From Candidatus Aenigmatarchaeota archaeon (GTDB lineage Archaea > Aenigmatarchaeota > Aenigmatarchaeia > PWEA01 > JACQIF01): a stretch of DNA of 64,000 bases. Positions 62,955 to 64,000 of the stretch are shown in pieces; the stretch's first letter is position 1; every line of letters starts with the position of its first letter. The DNA lies in the NCBI GenBank assembly GCA_016432325.1, contig CP066684.1, positions 32,001 to 96,000 of the forward strand, given 5' to 3'. Made by a program: the position numbers and the translations under genes. The notes under the pieces are model-generated. The model was given only the letters and a program-made list of their open reading frames with translations. It searched no databases and was not told the origin of the DNA.

Positions 62955-63809
62955 ATGCGCATACTCGCCATCGGCTGCTTCCACGGCAGGATTCCAACGG
63001 GCTTCAAGAGATACGTAAAAAAGAACAAGATAGACGCGATATTCGCTCTCGGCGACTACCCGGGTGAGCGCATGCGCACTCTATACTTCAAGCACTCAGG
63101 CCTAGCGAAAAGAGACAAATGGGGCTTCTACGACTGGAGTCCCATAGACAAGTTCCTTGGTAAGAGACGCGTCGCGCGCATGGAGGCCTGCGACAGAAAA
63201 GACGGCGTACGTGTTTTGCAGGGCTTGAACGGTTTGGGCGTGCCTGTATACACGACATACGGCAATCACGACAATACTGAACACTGGCCTTACGGCGAAA
63301 TAGGATACAACAGAAGAAACCTTCTCGAAGACGTCATCAAGCCGTTCAAGAACATAACGTTCCTCGATTATGATACCGCGCGGCTGGGCGACTACACGCT
63401 CGCTTTTTCTGGAGTCAAGTACCCGAACTTTTACAAGGAGGATACTAAACGCGTGCACGCGAAGAAGGTTGACGTCCGCGCGGAGGAGAGAAGCAATCTA
63501 CTGAGAATGATAGAGGATCCAGAATTCACCGTGGTCGTAACGCACGCTCCTCCTTACGGAACGGGACTTGATCGTGTCAACGACAGGAAAAAGCCAGGTT
63601 ACGGCCAACACTTCGGCGACGACGTTCTCAGAGGCGTCGTCAAACGCAAGCAGCCTCGCCTCGTCCTCTGCGCTCATTTCCATGAGAATCAGGGAATGAC
63701 GCGCATAGGCAAAACGCAGGTCGTCTGCACGGGTTACGGCAAGAAAGGGCAGGCCGCTTTGATAGAACTGGGCAAGACGCCAAAGGCGCGGTTGGTAAGG
63801 ATACGCTGA
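62955..63809 (+). CDS. Icc-like metallophosphoesterase
   Basis: GCFHG, LGD, GNHD, THAPPYG, CAHFHE. Confidence 0.88.
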   Translation: MRILAIGCFHGRIPTGFKRYVKKNKIDAIFALGDYPGERMRTLYFKHSGLAKRDKWGFYDWSPIDKFLGKRRVARMEACDRKDGVRVLQGLNGLGVPVYTTYGNHDNTEHWPYGEIGYNRRNLLEDVIKPFKNITFLDYDTARLGDYTLAFSGVKYPNFYKEDTKRVHAKKVDVRAEERSNLLRMIEDPEFTVVVTHAPPYGTGLDRVNDRKKPGYGQHFGDDVLRGVVKRKQPRLVLCAHFHENQGMTRIGKTQVVCTGYGKKGQAALIELGKTPKARLVRIR

Positions 63810-63815
63810 ACGCGT

Positions 63816-64000
63816 CTACCACGTCTCCACTTTCAGCCCCTTTATCCTGCCGAAGTGCTTCACGTTTCGCGTGACGAGCGTTTCGTTGTGCGCTATGGTG
63901 ATGGATCCTATAAGCGCGTCCATATTGTCTATCTGCTCGCCGCGCAGTTTCAGATTCCCTATTATCTGTCCGGCCAGGCTGGCCGCCAGACTGTCCAGAT
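63816..64000 (-). CDS. vapC: PIN-domain (VapC-like) toxin, 3' part
   Basis: Manual translation: ..GNLKLRGEQIDNMDALIGSITIAHNETLVTRNVKHFGRIKGLKVETW*. Confidence 0.88.
   Translation of the reverse strand, partial: LDSLAASLAGQIIGNLKLRGEQIDNMDALIGSITIAHNETLVTRNVKHFGRIKGLKVETW

Noticed and set aside
1-64000. CRISPR array, rRNA, transposase, integrase, inteins
   Set aside because: No regularly spaced repeats or recognisable motifs seen by eye; PolB, CDC48 and RadB have normal lengths.

Overview
Core-genome window of a compact, GC-rich archaeon. A DPANN-type lineage is inferred from gene content, very short intergenic spaces and multi-intron tRNAs, but is not proven. The window contains the L3-to-SecY ribosomal protein supercluster (29.8-45.9 kb), uS13, eS6, uS10, aIF2-gamma and aIF1. 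It also encodes PolB, RadB, CDC48, Mre11-Rad50, HerA, proteasome beta, aCPSF1, SepF, AspRS, ProRS, tRNA-maturation enzymes, geranylgeranyl reductase plus ferredoxin, and scattered orphan ORFs. No CRISPR array, rRNA or transposase was seen. The unusual content is at small scale. (1) Two tRNA-Ser genes carry three and two introns. (2) Tandem double-hairpin elements of about 45-55 nt sit in frame inside uL5, DUF1405, a phosphoesterase and PolB. (3) A recurring structured 5' leader (TGAAAY..RTTTCA hairpin, often a GAGGT-sequestering hairpin, and a 15-18 codon uORF) precedes five unrelated genes. (4) aIF1 can only keep its Zn-knuckle if it starts at ATA, and other genes also look to have non-AUG starts. 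(5) C2H2 zinc fingers are fused to both uS3 and uL24. (6) A 260-nt multi-hairpin leader precedes rpl3.
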